From Candidatus Latescibacterota bacterium (GTDB lineage Bacteria > Latescibacterota > UBA2968 > UBA8231), in assembly GCA_965203175.1 (NCBI GenBank), contig OZ241867.1:5824001-5888000 (forward strand): DNA of 64,000 nucleotides, in the 5' to 3' direction. Under the pieces are notes generated by a model, which did no database searches, had not been told where the DNA came from, and worked only from the letters and a program-made list of their open reading frames with translations. The position numbers and the translations under genes were made by a program. Below, piece by piece: positions 10,688-19,926 of this stretch; position 1 is the stretch's first letter, and each line of letters opens with the position of its first letter.

Positions 10688-11698
10688 ATGAAAATTACCA
10701 ACATCGAACTCATCGAAGTGGACGTCCCCTACATCGCCCCCATCCGCAACGTCGGCCACGCGGACTGGGAGCACACCATTGCGAGGGTCCACACGGACGA
10801 AGGCCTGATCGGCCTGGGGGAAATCTGGCAGCCGTGCCGCGCAGTGCAGCCGCAAGCGGATGGACTCATCGGCAAAGATCCGCTGGGTATGGCTCTGGAG
10901 CGTGCCAGCGAGCCGTGGCAGTGCGCTCTGTACGACATTGTCGCCCAAGCCAAAGGAGTTCCAGTGTGGAGGTTGATGGGCGACAAGGTACGCGATGAAG
11001 TACCTGTCGCGTACTGGTCGCCCCACCTGCCTCCGGAGGAGACCGCCAGAGAGGCGGAAAAAGCTGCAGCTCTCGGGTTCACGGTTCACAAGCTCAAGGC
11101 GCATCCGGCCGACATTGTGCGCCAAGCGGAGTCGATCGCAGCAGCGACGGCGGGAGTGGACTACGCCATTCGCGTCGATCCCAACTGCGGATTCAAATAT
11201 CCCACCACGGCGGTCCGTCTCGCCAAGGAGCTGGTGCCCTACAACATTGAATGCTTCGAGGATCCGGTAGAGAAGATCAACGTCAACTACGCGTGGTATT
11301 CGCTGCTGCGCCACAAGACCGACATCCCGCAGGCGTTGCACCTCATCGACCCGTACGCCGTTCTCTGCGCGGTCAAGTCAGACGCCGTGGATTGCTTCAA
11401 CCTCAGCGGCACCGTGGCTCCCGTGAAGCGGAGCGCCGCCATCGCCGAGACAGCGAATTGCCCGATCTGGCTGCAGACCGGGGGGTTGTGTCTAGGGGTT
11501 CAGGCCGCCTTCTCAGCGCATCTGCAAGCGACCTTGACCAATGATCTGCGGCCCTGCGACGAACTGCCATTCGTGCGCGAAAACGACCTGATCGGGGGCT
11601 CGCTGGAATTCGCTTCAGGACACTTTGTCGTGCCCCGTGGAAATGGGCTCGGGATTGCGCTGGACGCCGCCGCCGTCGCCCACTACCGGACGCAGTGA
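10688..11698 (+). CDS. Mandelate racemase/muconate lactonizing enzyme (enolase superfamily)
   Basis: TDEGLIGLGE, ALYD..A.A.GVPVWRLMG, KxK (HKLK), DPN, FEDP and P.G.GLGI motifs. Confidence 0.88.
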   Translation: MKITNIELIEVDVPYIAPIRNVGHADWEHTIARVHTDEGLIGLGEIWQPCRAVQPQADGLIGKDPLGMALERASEPWQCALYDIVAQAKGVPVWRLMGDKVRDEVPVAYWSPHLPPEETAREAEKAAALGFTVHKLKAHPADIVRQAESIAAATAGVDYAIRVDPNCGFKYPTTAVRLAKELVPYNIECFEDPVEKINVNYAWYSLLRHKTDIPQALHLIDPYAVLCAVKSDAVDCFNLSGTVAPVKRSAAIAETANCPIWLQTGGLCLGVQAAFSAHLQATLTNDLRPCDELPFVRENDLIGGSLEFASGHFVVPRGNGLGIALDAAAVAHYRTQ

Positions 11699-11708
11699 CA
11701 ATTATCGA

Positions 11709-12074
11709 CTACGACAGGTCTTCCTTGAAGTCGGTCGCTAGATTTCTCGAAGCTTTGGCCTCGTTTTGGAGGCGACGGAGAACTTCCTCGCTCAGAGAGC
11801 CTATCACGGCAAAATCGCTTGGAATTCTGCTGGCAATTTTTTCGATGTCCGCTCGAATCGTCCTTCTAAGAATTAAGGCCGTCTCCTTACTTATAAAAGG
11901 ATGATCTCCTAGGTGTAGGCGAACATCTTGCCCTACATTCTTCCTAGCATCTGAGCACATGACAAAAAGAACTTCGTTATCTTTATTGGGACTGGAGAGG
12001 ATTATGAAGAGGTGGTATGGATGGTGGTTTGACTTGAGAATATGTCCGGCACGAAGAATGGGACGGTGTATCAT
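11709..12074 (-). CDS. Hypothetical protein, putative toxin partner of the Panacea antitoxin (possible PemK/MazF-like fold)
   Basis: ATG at 12074 overlaps the Panacea stop (ATGA). HLFIILS..VLFV..D..L..GDHPFI pattern, basic protein, lower GC. Confidence 0.55.
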   Translation of the reverse strand: MIHRPILRAGHILKSNHHPYHLFIILSSPNKDNEVLFVMCSDARKNVGQDVRLHLGDHPFISKETALILRRTIRADIEKIASRIPSDFAVIGSLSEEVLRRLQNEAKASRNLATDFKEDLS

Positions 12075-12631
12075 GCCAGCACTTTTTCTAGCCACTCACT
12101 CGTCCTTTCTAAGTCCATGATTTCGTCAATCTCATCCTTGCTCTTGCCTAGTGCATGGAGGATGTTTTCAAGAGAAATAGATGTCGCTTGGACGAGGCCC
12201 TCTGGATCTGGCTGTTCCCATTCGGGGAGGCTGTGTGTATATACAATGAGTCCATTAGGGCCCCAAATGTCTAAGCGTCCGTAGTCTTCCCAGATGTGCT
12301 GGATAATTTCTAATTCCGATTCGGACATACACCCTGTGCCGGGGTCGCTTTTGAGTCCTATTTTGTAGTCGGCCAAGCTCTCAATATGTTGCCTCCATAC
12401 AGGGTGATTTTTCGGATCGTCTTCTTGGTGCATCAAGCGATACGTGTTGCTAGGAACGGGTCCAAACTTCATTGATACCCAGCTATCAGTAGAGATGCTA
12501 CGTCCTTGCTCATTCAGTGATTCCCGGTCAGCTAGATATACCAGTTTGAGCACTTTGATGTACTCCGATGAGCCGCCGGCCAACGCTAGAATGCGAGCTA
12601 CTAGTGCAGTGGCCTTTTTTTCGTCAAACAT
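12071..12631 (-). CDS. Panacea-domain (DUF4065/SocA-like) antitoxin
   Basis: KVLKLVYLADRE..G..IS.D.W..M..GPV and later TH..PEW, the hallmark DUF4065 motifs. Confidence 0.85.
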   Translation of the reverse strand: MFDEKKATALVARILALAGGSSEYIKVLKLVYLADRESLNEQGRSISTDSWVSMKFGPVPSNTYRLMHQEDDPKNHPVWRQHIESLADYKIGLKSDPGTGCMSESELEIIQHIWEDYGRLDIWGPNGLIVYTHSLPEWEQPDPEGLVQATSISLENILHALGKSKDEIDEIMDLERTSEWLEKVLA

Positions 12632-12652
12632 GATTTTCTCTCCTAGTCCTTG

Positions 12653-12682
12653 AATGTATTATAGCGGCACGCTCTTTGTCAA
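12653..12682 (-). promoter_or_regulatory. Putative sigma70 promoter of the Panacea operon
   Basis: Minus strand TTGACA (12682-12677), then TACATT at 18-bp spacing. A TATAAT at 13-bp spacing is also present. Confidence 0.4.
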
Positions 12683-12740
12683 AATCCGCTGGGGACCTTC
12701 CTCCTAGGCACCCTTCCTGCGAGGGATACTATTACCCCGC

Positions 12741-14327
12741 TCAATCAAACGGCGGGAAAAAGGTCAGATCCGTACCGAAGTTATCCATCGCCACCACCTC
12801 GTCGCCACGCAGCCGCGCGCGGATGGCGCTGTCGCGCCACGTCAGGGTCGTCTCGTGGACGGGCAAGTCAAACGCAAAGCCGATCCAGTGTCCCACGGGC
12901 GGATGCTCGATCACCGCATAGCCGTCACGCAAGATCGGATGTTCGGCACCCTCAACTTCGAGGCGGTCGCTGTCGAGCCAAGGCGGCAGACGCACGTGCA
13001 GTGCTCCCGGCTGCTTGACTTTGACCGCTAGGCGCGGATGCGTATAGGGCGATTGTATTTCGAGAGTATCGGTCTCGCAGTCGAACAGCATATCCACCCA
13101 ATGCCCCGCTCCATCGCTGCGCATCACAGCCTTGTACGCCGCAGCCAGTGAGCCTACGGACCCACCGACAATGTCGATATTGAAGCCAATGCGCGGCTTG
13201 TTCGATTGCCAGATGCCCAGTGGCTCGTGCCCGTAGGGAGCCGGAAACCCAAAGCCGCCGCGCAGCCTGTGCGCCACTTGGCGCTTGCCGTCCACCCCCT
13301 CGGGATTATCTGGCTCGACGATAAACGAGACATCGCGCAATTGCGACGGCAGCAAATGGCTGCGCAATATGCGCTCGGCATCGGCGTAGTACTCGGGGTG
13401 GCCCCAGCGCCCCAAGATGAGCGCGGTCTCGATGATATCGCCGGTATTGTTGGCCTCGCCCCGGCGACAAAGTGTGGGTCGGCTCGAGACCTCAATGGAC
13501 CAACCGATCTGATCGCGCAAATCCCACAGACCGCCATCGTAGAAACGCTTGACCCGCTCCATCAGCCCGGCGTCCCCGGTACATTCAGCCAACTGCGCCA
13601 GCGACGACATCGCACAGGTCGTCGAATGCACGTGCGACCCAAAGCGCTCGGTGGCAAAGGAACCGTCGTCGAGAAAGAATTCGCGCACGGCCTTATCCTT
13701 GAGCACCGTAGCCAATTCCAAGGCCGGTTGGTACCCGGTGGCCTGGTACAGTTTGACCAGCGGCCCAATGGCGCGCGCCGGTCCTTGGATAAAGGTCCCC
13801 TCGCCGGAATCGCGGAGGCGCACCGGCGTGTCGCGTTCGAGACGGACGCGATCCCATTGCTCGTTGGGCACCCAATAATCGAACAGCAAATCAATGCTAG
13901 CGGCCGCCAATTCCATAGCCCGCTCGGACTCGCGGAAGGCTGTCAACGCGTATAGAGCGTGGAATCCCTCGCGCAAATTGTGCTCTTGCAGTTCAATGGG
14001 ATCGCCCTCGCCATTTATGTGCTGGCCGATGCGCTGCAAAGGCAGCGGTGCCCGGCTGTAGGAGAAAAAGGCTGCGCGGGCGTGCTTGTCGATCACTTCC
14101 TCGTCCAAGTCCAAGTCCATGGCGTCTTCAGCCGCCAGCATACCGTTCAACAGGCGACCCGGCATGTGGCCTTCCATACTGCCGCGCAAAAAAGCTTCGG
14201 GCCGCACCTGCGCTCCGCCGTAGGGCATATCGGCGTCATCGGCGTTGAACGCCCGGCTCATGGCTTGGCAGCCCAAGCTAATGGCCTCGCCGATATCAGT
14301 AGTATTTACGTCGCGCAGTTGTACCAT
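12741..14327 (-). CDS. Hypothetical (alpha/alpha)-barrel protein, GH127-like, paralog A
   Basis: GR.L..L, HVHS, GExN.TGD and AERI.R.HL motifs, plus a C-terminal beta domain (VRLPPW). Collinear with 16275-17834. Confidence 0.55.
   Translation of the reverse strand: MVQLRDVNTTDIGEAISLGCQAMSRAFNADDADMPYGGAQVRPEAFLRGSMEGHMPGRLLNGMLAAEDAMDLDLDEEVIDKHARAAFFSYSRAPLPLQRIGQHINGEGDPIELQEHNLREGFHALYALTAFRESERAMELAAASIDLLFDYWVPNEQWDRVRLERDTPVRLRDSGEGTFIQGPARAIGPLVKLYQATGYQPALELATVLKDKAVREFFLDDGSFATERFGSHVHSTTCAMSSLAQLAECTGDAGLMERVKRFYDGGLWDLRDQIGWSIEVSSRPTLCRRGEANNTGDIIETALILGRWGHPEYYADAERILRSHLLPSQLRDVSFIVEPDNPEGVDGKRQVAHRLRGGFGFPAPYGHEPLGIWQSNKPRIGFNIDIVGGSVGSLAAAYKAVMRSDGAGHWVDMLFDCETDTLEIQSPYTHPRLAVKVKQPGALHVRLPPWLDSDRLEVEGAEHPILRDGYAVIEHPPVGHWIGFAFDLPVHETTLTWRDSAIRARLRGDEVVAMDNFGTDLTFFPPFD
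12745..12759. repeat. 15-bp direct repeat, copy 2
   Basis: Identical to 10585-10599. Lies in the last codons of the gene at 12741-14327. Confidence 0.5.
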
Positions 14328-14336
14328 GATCTTTCC

Positions 14337-15296
14337 TCAAATACCGGCGACCAATCGCACGGCTTCGACGGTCCGCCCCCCCATGACAAACGGCTCGCCC
14401 GGCCCTCCATCCACAAAACCCAACTCCTTCAACCAAGCGCCTTTCTCCTCGTCCTCGACACAGACCCGCACCCAGCAACGCCCCCCAGCCCAGTCCATGA
14501 CCGCCCGCATCAAATTGACCCAAGCCTCTCCGTAGCGACCGTGGACGAAACCATCCACCTGACAAGCTCCCTCCCCGTCGGGCCGCGCACTAGCCAAGCC
14601 CACCAATCGCCCATCCCGGGTGCGGGCGGCAAACCAAGCGCCAGCTCCTTGTTCAACCAGCTTGGCATAGCGCGGATACAGCCCCATACAGGAATTCTGC
14701 TCGATATAGCGGGTCGAGTACAATTCGACATTGGCGTCGAGTACCCACCAGTCGTGCGGCGTGACAATCAAGGGGATCATGGGCACGCGCTGGGCCGGCG
14801 ACCCCGGCTCAATCCCGACCTCATCACTAGCCCTAAAGTAATCTACCAGAAAAGACTCAGGCGATTCCCCGCTGGCAATCAAAGTCCAGACAGTAGAACC
14901 GGCCATCTTGCGCCAACCCAAGCGATGGTAAATGCGGGCCGCAGTCGGATTGACTGTACCCAAGAACAGGGCCTGTCCCCCCGAGGCCAAAAAATCGTCG
15001 CGCGCCGCCCGACACAAGTGACTGGCAATGCCTTGGCCGCGACATTGCGGCACGGTAGCCACCTCGCCCAATCCACTCAGTTCTGGGTTGCCTACCGCCG
15101 TGGTTAAATGGCTGCTACCGACCGTGCATCCCCCCTGCTCTATGAGATAGAACGTATCGCTGTTAAAGTCGCGTTCATCACCGGCGTACGCAGGGCGGTC
15201 GGCTTGGTAACCGTCCCCGAAAATCCCCTCCCAAAAATCGATCAACTCCTCAGTCAGGCCCGAGTCCAAAGGAGGCGTCTCGACGCTTATCTGCAC
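14337..15296 (-). CDS. GNAT family N-acetyltransferase (tandem domain)
   Basis: Motif A VATVPQCRGQGIA and motif B N..A.RIYHRLGW, followed by a second degenerate domain ending in LGF. Confidence 0.85.
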   Translation of the reverse strand: MQISVETPPLDSGLTEELIDFWEGIFGDGYQADRPAYAGDERDFNSDTFYLIEQGGCTVGSSHLTTAVGNPELSGLGEVATVPQCRGQGIASHLCRAARDDFLASGGQALFLGTVNPTAARIYHRLGWRKMAGSTVWTLIASGESPESFLVDYFRASDEVGIEPGSPAQRVPMIPLIVTPHDWWVLDANVELYSTRYIEQNSCMGLYPRYAKLVEQGAGAWFAARTRDGRLVGLASARPDGEGACQVDGFVHGRYGEAWVNLMRAVMDWAGGRCWVRVCVEDEEKGAWLKELGFVDGGPGEPFVMGGRTVEAVRLVAGI

Positions 15297-15300
15297 GAGA

Positions 15301-16155
15301 TTAAGCCGGCGCCTTCCACTTCTTCAGTTGCCTCTTCCACACCCTGTCCAATTCGCGGCGCACCACCTGCACGTCCTTCCAGCGGTCGGGGAAAACCGAC
15401 AAATGGTAGCCGCCGGCAATCTGCTCGGGACAGGCGAACATTTCCCGACCCGGCTCGGCCGCTTCCAGCCAGCAGGCCATGACCTGCTCGGCAAATTCCA
15501 GCCAATCGACGAATTCGGGAATGATCTTGCCCCTGTGATCAATAGCCGGAATCATGGCGTGGTGCCCGTTGAAGGGCCTAAAGTGAAACTGCTGCGCCAG
15601 TTGAATCAGATCGACGCGCTCGGCCAAGCGCTCCCAGTAGGGCGGCGACAAATGCTTGATCACCGCCGGATGGGAAAAGTCCCAAGTCATTTTTAGCGGC
15701 TTCTTCTCCGCCTTCTCGTAACCAGCGGCCAAGGCATAGGTCTTTTCCGGCGTTTCCGTGCACGTATCGCGATGCATCTCCACAGCCACGTCCATCTCCA
15801 AGTCTTCGGCCGCGTCCATCAAGCGCCGCGCCACCTCCACGGCCCGCGGGGTGAGCGTGTCATGGTCGAGCATTTGCACGTTGACGCAGCGCGCTCCCGC
15901 CGCCTTGATTTCGCGCAACTTGGGCCTGATCTCGCGGATGCCCCCCAAGTCGGTGGTACAAGCAAAGACCAACCCCGAGGCCGAGACCTCGTCCGGGGTC
16001 ACCATGAAGACGCGCCCTACAAAGCCGTCGAAGCCAGCGTCTTTTATTTTTTTGAGCTTTTTGGCCGCGCTCCACTCGCCCTTCTTGTCGCCGTATCCCA
16101 TCAGGGAACCGAGGGAGCACATATGATAGATTTTAGGCCGTTTGATTTTCGCCAT
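15301..16155 (-). CDS. Xylose-isomerase-like TIM barrel (sugar phosphate isomerase/epimerase)
   Basis: IKDAGFDG, VEMHR, TWDFSH, FHFR and ACPE motifs. AAGGAGG RBS before ATG 16155. Confidence 0.8.
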   Translation of the reverse strand: MAKIKRPKIYHMCSLGSLMGYGDKKGEWSAAKKLKKIKDAGFDGFVGRVFMVTPDEVSASGLVFACTTDLGGIREIRPKLREIKAAGARCVNVQMLDHDTLTPRAVEVARRLMDAAEDLEMDVAVEMHRDTCTETPEKTYALAAGYEKAEKKPLKMTWDFSHPAVIKHLSPPYWERLAERVDLIQLAQQFHFRPFNGHHAMIPAIDHRGKIIPEFVDWLEFAEQVMACWLEAAEPGREMFACPEQIAGGYHLSVFPDRWKDVQVVRRELDRVWKRQLKKWKAPA

Positions 16156-16274
16156 GTTCACCCTCCTTGGAGTGATTGTACTGCTGCGATAGGGGCCGCT
16201 AATATATCGCCCGGATTCACGGGGACCAAGCACAATTAATGCGCGCCGTCAACTCACATCCTGTGCAAAGATTC

Positions 16275-17834
16275 TCAATCAAACGAAGGGAAAAAGGTCA
16301 GATCAGCCCCAAAGTTATCCATCGCCACTACCTCGTCGCCGCGCAGCCGGGCGCGGATGGAACGAGTCCGATGCTGCAGAACCAACTCTTCTTCGGCCAA
16401 GGCAAAGCGAATCTCGATAGGAGTGTTCAAAGGCGGTTGGGCAAAGAAGAGGAACCCGCCGTCTATGCGCGGCGACACAGCCCCTGTTACCTCTAAGTCA
16501 GACGGCGCTACCCAGCCGGGCAGGCGCACCCACAACGGCCCCGGCTGCTTAACCTCGACGCGCAGGACATCATGCGTATAAGGAGATTCGACGCGCACGG
16601 CCTCGGTCTCGTGGTCAAAGAGCAAATTGACCCGGTGCCCCGCCGGGCCGCTGCGCACCATCTCCCGGTACACCTCGCACAAAGACGCCACCGCCCCACC
16701 GACAATATCCATATTGAAGCCAACAGTCTCGGCTTCCACCGGCTCGTGGCCGTACGGCGCTGGAAAGCCAAAGGCTCCCTGGTGCCGCTGCGCCACGTCG
16801 CGCAGGCCGTCCACGCCCTCGGGGTTGGGCGGTTCGTCAATAAAGGAAATGTCGCGTAATTGCGACGGCAGCATATGCCCCCGCACAATGCGCTCGGCGT
16901 CTTGGAAGTACTCGCTCCAGCCCCAGCGCCCCAAGATCAGGGCAGTCTCGACGATGTCGCCGGTATTGTTGACCTCGCCGCGGTCGGGTGCCGCATCGGG
17001 ACGCGTGCTTTCGACGACCCAACCCAACGGATCGCGCATGGCCCACAGGCCATTATCGTAAAAAGCCTTGACGCGCAGCAGCAGCGCCGTGTCACCCGTC
17101 AGATCGGCCAATTGCGCCAACGACGACATGACGCAAGTGACCGAGTGCGTGTGGTCGCCCAGCAGTTCCCGGTCGTGGCCGCCGTCCGCAGTGAAAAACT
17201 CACCCGTGATCTTCTCAGCCAATTCCAAAGCCAACTCCAAAGCCGGCCCATAACCCGTCGCCCGATAGTACTTGACCAAAGGCCCCAAGGCCCGGGCTTC
17301 CCCCGGTATGAACAGACTCTCCCACGCCTCCAGTCCCAACCCCTGCAGCGTCGGTCGATCCCATCCCTCGTCCACGCTCCAATAGCGGCGAAACGCCTCG
17401 ATACTGGCCTCAGCTAGCTCTCGCGCCCGGTCCGAGTCGCGGTATTGCACCAGCGGATAGAGCGCGTGAAACCCCTCGCGGATGTTGTGCGGGATGAAGT
17501 TGACCAGCGGACCGTCCAACTCGGCCCGGTTGAGCGGCATGGCGATGGGGCCGCTGTACGAATAGAACGCCGCGGCCGCGTGTTTTTCAATCGCCGCTTC
17601 ATCTACTGCAACGCCCGCCGCATCTTCGGCGTTGAGTAGAGCGTTGAGGTGGCGGCCGGGCACGTGCGCCTCCGAATGCGCGGCGCTAAAGCGCAGTTCG
17701 GCTTGGGGACGCACGCGCGAGCCGAAAAAGGGAATATCGTTGTCGTCGGCATTGAAAACTCTCGACATAGTGCGGCAACCCAATTCAATGGCGCCGCGCA
17801 CATCCGTGGTGTTGACGTCTTGTAAACGAGTCAT
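16275..17834 (-). CDS. Hypothetical GH127-like protein, paralog B
   Basis: Full-length similarity to 12741-14327 (LxDVNTTD, HNxREGFHALY, LPSQLRD, GFPAPYGHEP, VVAMDNFG.DLTFFP). AGGAG RBS. Confidence 0.55.
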   Translation of the reverse strand: MTRLQDVNTTDVRGAIELGCRTMSRVFNADDNDIPFFGSRVRPQAELRFSAAHSEAHVPGRHLNALLNAEDAAGVAVDEAAIEKHAAAAFYSYSGPIAMPLNRAELDGPLVNFIPHNIREGFHALYPLVQYRDSDRARELAEASIEAFRRYWSVDEGWDRPTLQGLGLEAWESLFIPGEARALGPLVKYYRATGYGPALELALELAEKITGEFFTADGGHDRELLGDHTHSVTCVMSSLAQLADLTGDTALLLRVKAFYDNGLWAMRDPLGWVVESTRPDAAPDRGEVNNTGDIVETALILGRWGWSEYFQDAERIVRGHMLPSQLRDISFIDEPPNPEGVDGLRDVAQRHQGAFGFPAPYGHEPVEAETVGFNMDIVGGAVASLCEVYREMVRSGPAGHRVNLLFDHETEAVRVESPYTHDVLRVEVKQPGPLWVRLPGWVAPSDLEVTGAVSPRIDGGFLFFAQPPLNTPIEIRFALAEEELVLQHRTRSIRARLRGDEVVAMDNFGADLTFFPSFD

Positions 17835-17846
17835 AGTCATCTCCTG

Positions 17847-18980
17847 TTAAAAGTCGTACAGCTCCCCACTCGCCGCCGCAGCCCTATCGACGTACCCAGG
17901 CCAGCGCGGCGGCTCCAGTAGCAGGTCTCCCTCGGGACAGAGGATCCAGTCGGAGCGGCCGATCTCGTAGCTGCGGATGTGGGCGTAGGGGCCGTCGTCG
18001 TTGATGTACTGCACCACGAACAAGTCTCCGGATGGTCTCTGTACCCAGCCGGAGTAAGCACCGTCGCAGTGGATGCTGCGGTCGTGGTCTATGAAGAAAT
18101 ACCGGTGGCCGGCTTGGCGAGCGTAGTTGGCAGTGCAGTCCGGGTCCGCGGCAATAGCCTGGGTCTCGACGTGGAGTACGAGATTGCGCGGCGGCGTCAG
18201 GCGCTGGAAGCCGTGGACGACCGCAACCTCGCCACTGCGCAGGATGCCAGCCCGCGGCCTACCAACGCAGCAGGTGAGGAAGGTAGGGTATGGACCAGAC
18301 CAAGTTTTGCCGCCGTCCTGCGAAATCGCCTTGTGCCCAATGGCACGCCGCAAGTCCTCGCGCAGGTAGCAGACCAAGGTGCCGTCGTCCAACTCGACGT
18401 AGGTCCCCTCGTTGAGCCACAACTTCGGGTCGGAGCAGACGTGGATTGCCGGTCCCCAGGTCCGTCCACCATCGGCCGAGGTGAAGGCGTTGTGGAGCCA
18501 GACCACGTCGCGGTCGTCCCTCGGCCCAACGCGGTCAGCACCGATGATGATCTCACCGGCCTTGGTGCGAAATATGCACGGGCAGATGTGGCCCCTGATC
18601 CCGGTGGAGGCGCGCTCGCTCCAAGTGCGGCCTGAATCGGTCGAGCGGTAGATGAGGATCTCCGAATCGGGGTGGTGCTCCGGCTCAAGGCGGGGCAGCA
18701 GGTCGCAGATGAGTAGAACCTCAGAGCCGTCGAGGGCTAGCAGGCGCGGGTTGTTCAGGCGGCCCTCGGTTTCCGGGTCGTTCACCTCGTCGACGACGGC
18801 CTTCTCGCTCCAAGTGCGGCCGCCATCGCTGCTGAGGTGATAGACGATACGGCCAAAGGGAAGGGCCGTGTGCCCGAGACTCTCCCGGTACACGCATACC
18901 CAAGTGCCATCGCCGCACTCGACGAGATCGGGGAAGGCTTTGTACACGTTGTCTTCGCGGAACAAAACGGACTTGATCAC
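17847..18980 (-). CDS. Sialidase/BNR-repeat (exo-alpha-sialidase family) protein
   Basis: Four Asp-boxes (S.D.G.TW) and an N-terminal AFPD motif. Confidence 0.85.
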   Translation of the reverse strand: MIKSVLFREDNVYKAFPDLVECGDGTWVCVYRESLGHTALPFGRIVYHLSSDGGRTWSEKAVVDEVNDPETEGRLNNPRLLALDGSEVLLICDLLPRLEPEHHPDSEILIYRSTDSGRTWSERASTGIRGHICPCIFRTKAGEIIIGADRVGPRDDRDVVWLHNAFTSADGGRTWGPAIHVCSDPKLWLNEGTYVELDDGTLVCYLREDLRRAIGHKAISQDGGKTWSGPYPTFLTCCVGRPRAGILRSGEVAVVHGFQRLTPPRNLVLHVETQAIAADPDCTANYARQAGHRYFFIDHDRSIHCDGAYSGWVQRPSGDLFVVQYINDDGPYAHIRSYEIGRSDWILCPEGDLLLEPPRWPGYVDRAAAASGELYDF

Positions 18981-19004
18981 CTTTTAGCTCTCCTATCGTT
19001 AAAA

Positions 19005-19874
19005 TTACCGACCAGCGAGGGACGTCGATTGACCGTCCCCGCGCAATCCAATCTCGTTCTCCCAGCGCCGGTACATCTCGGGCCGGCGGTAATGGCGGAA
19101 GAACATCAGCGTCTCCCTGCGACTTTCCGCTAGCGCCGACGCACTCAGATCGGCGACGACCATCTCTTCTTCGCTGCCACTCTGTCCCTCGGCGATGACC
19201 GCGCCGAGGGGATCGCAGATGAAGGTCACTCCCGAAAACGTGCGACCAGCCCCGTTGTCTCCGACGTTATTGCAGATGGCGACGTACACGTTGTTGTCGT
19301 ACGCGCGAGCGGGAACGTAGCGCATCCAGCGAGCCCGCTTTTCTGTGGGAGTCTCCCCCGGTGAGGCATGGGGCAGGAAGATCACCTCGGCCCCCTTTTC
19401 CGCTAACAGGGTGCTCAATTCCGGGAAGTGGGAATCGTAACAAATCTCAATGCCGTAGCGAGCCTTCCCATGGTCGAATACCGGAAGATCGTCTCCGTGT
19501 CGCCAAGTGCCAATCTCAGCATCGGGAACGTGCGTCTTGCGATAGCAGCCGACGTATCCCTCGGGGCCGCAGACGACCTGCGTGTTATAGACGATGCCGC
19601 TGACGTCCCGTTCGAGAATACCAGCCAACAGCGTGATCTGACAGTTGCGTGCGATCTCTTCGAGCCTGCGCAACGATTCACCTTCGAGCGGCTCGGGCTC
19701 CGGTGTCGAGGTGTCGCCGGCGTTGTATCCGCACACGCATAGCTCGGGAAAACAGACGATGTCGACATCTTGCGCGGCCGCTGCCTCGGCAAAGCGCTCG
19801 ATAGTGGCTAAATTGCGATCGCGTTCCGCGACGCGGCAGTTCATCTGCACCGCGGCAATGCGTAGGTCTTGCAT
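19005..19874 (-). CDS. Carbon-nitrogen hydrolase (nitrilase) family
   Basis: E-K-C triad in FPEL, YRKTH and ICYD; RAYDN motif. Confidence 0.92.
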   Translation of the reverse strand: MQDLRIAAVQMNCRVAERDRNLATIERFAEAAAAQDVDIVCFPELCVCGYNAGDTSTPEPEPLEGESLRRLEEIARNCQITLLAGILERDVSGIVYNTQVVCGPEGYVGCYRKTHVPDAEIGTWRHGDDLPVFDHGKARYGIEICYDSHFPELSTLLAEKGAEVIFLPHASPGETPTEKRARWMRYVPARAYDNNVYVAICNNVGDNGAGRTFSGVTFICDPLGAVIAEGQSGSEEEMVVADLSASALAESRRETLMFFRHYRRPEMYRRWENEIGLRGDGQSTSLAGR

Positions 19875-19926
19875 CGGGTCGGTTCCTCCTCTTCTATATA
19901 TTCATCCATCGGATTGGATCATCCTC

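Noticed and set aside
12741-16360. Near-identical DNA at 12741-12830 and 16275-16360 as possible mobile element ends
   Set aside because: Explained by the conserved 3' ends of two full-length paralogous genes.
19645-19926. N-terminal extension of the rhodanese ORF
   Set aside because: Antisense to the nitrilase gene; the signal peptide begins at 19927.
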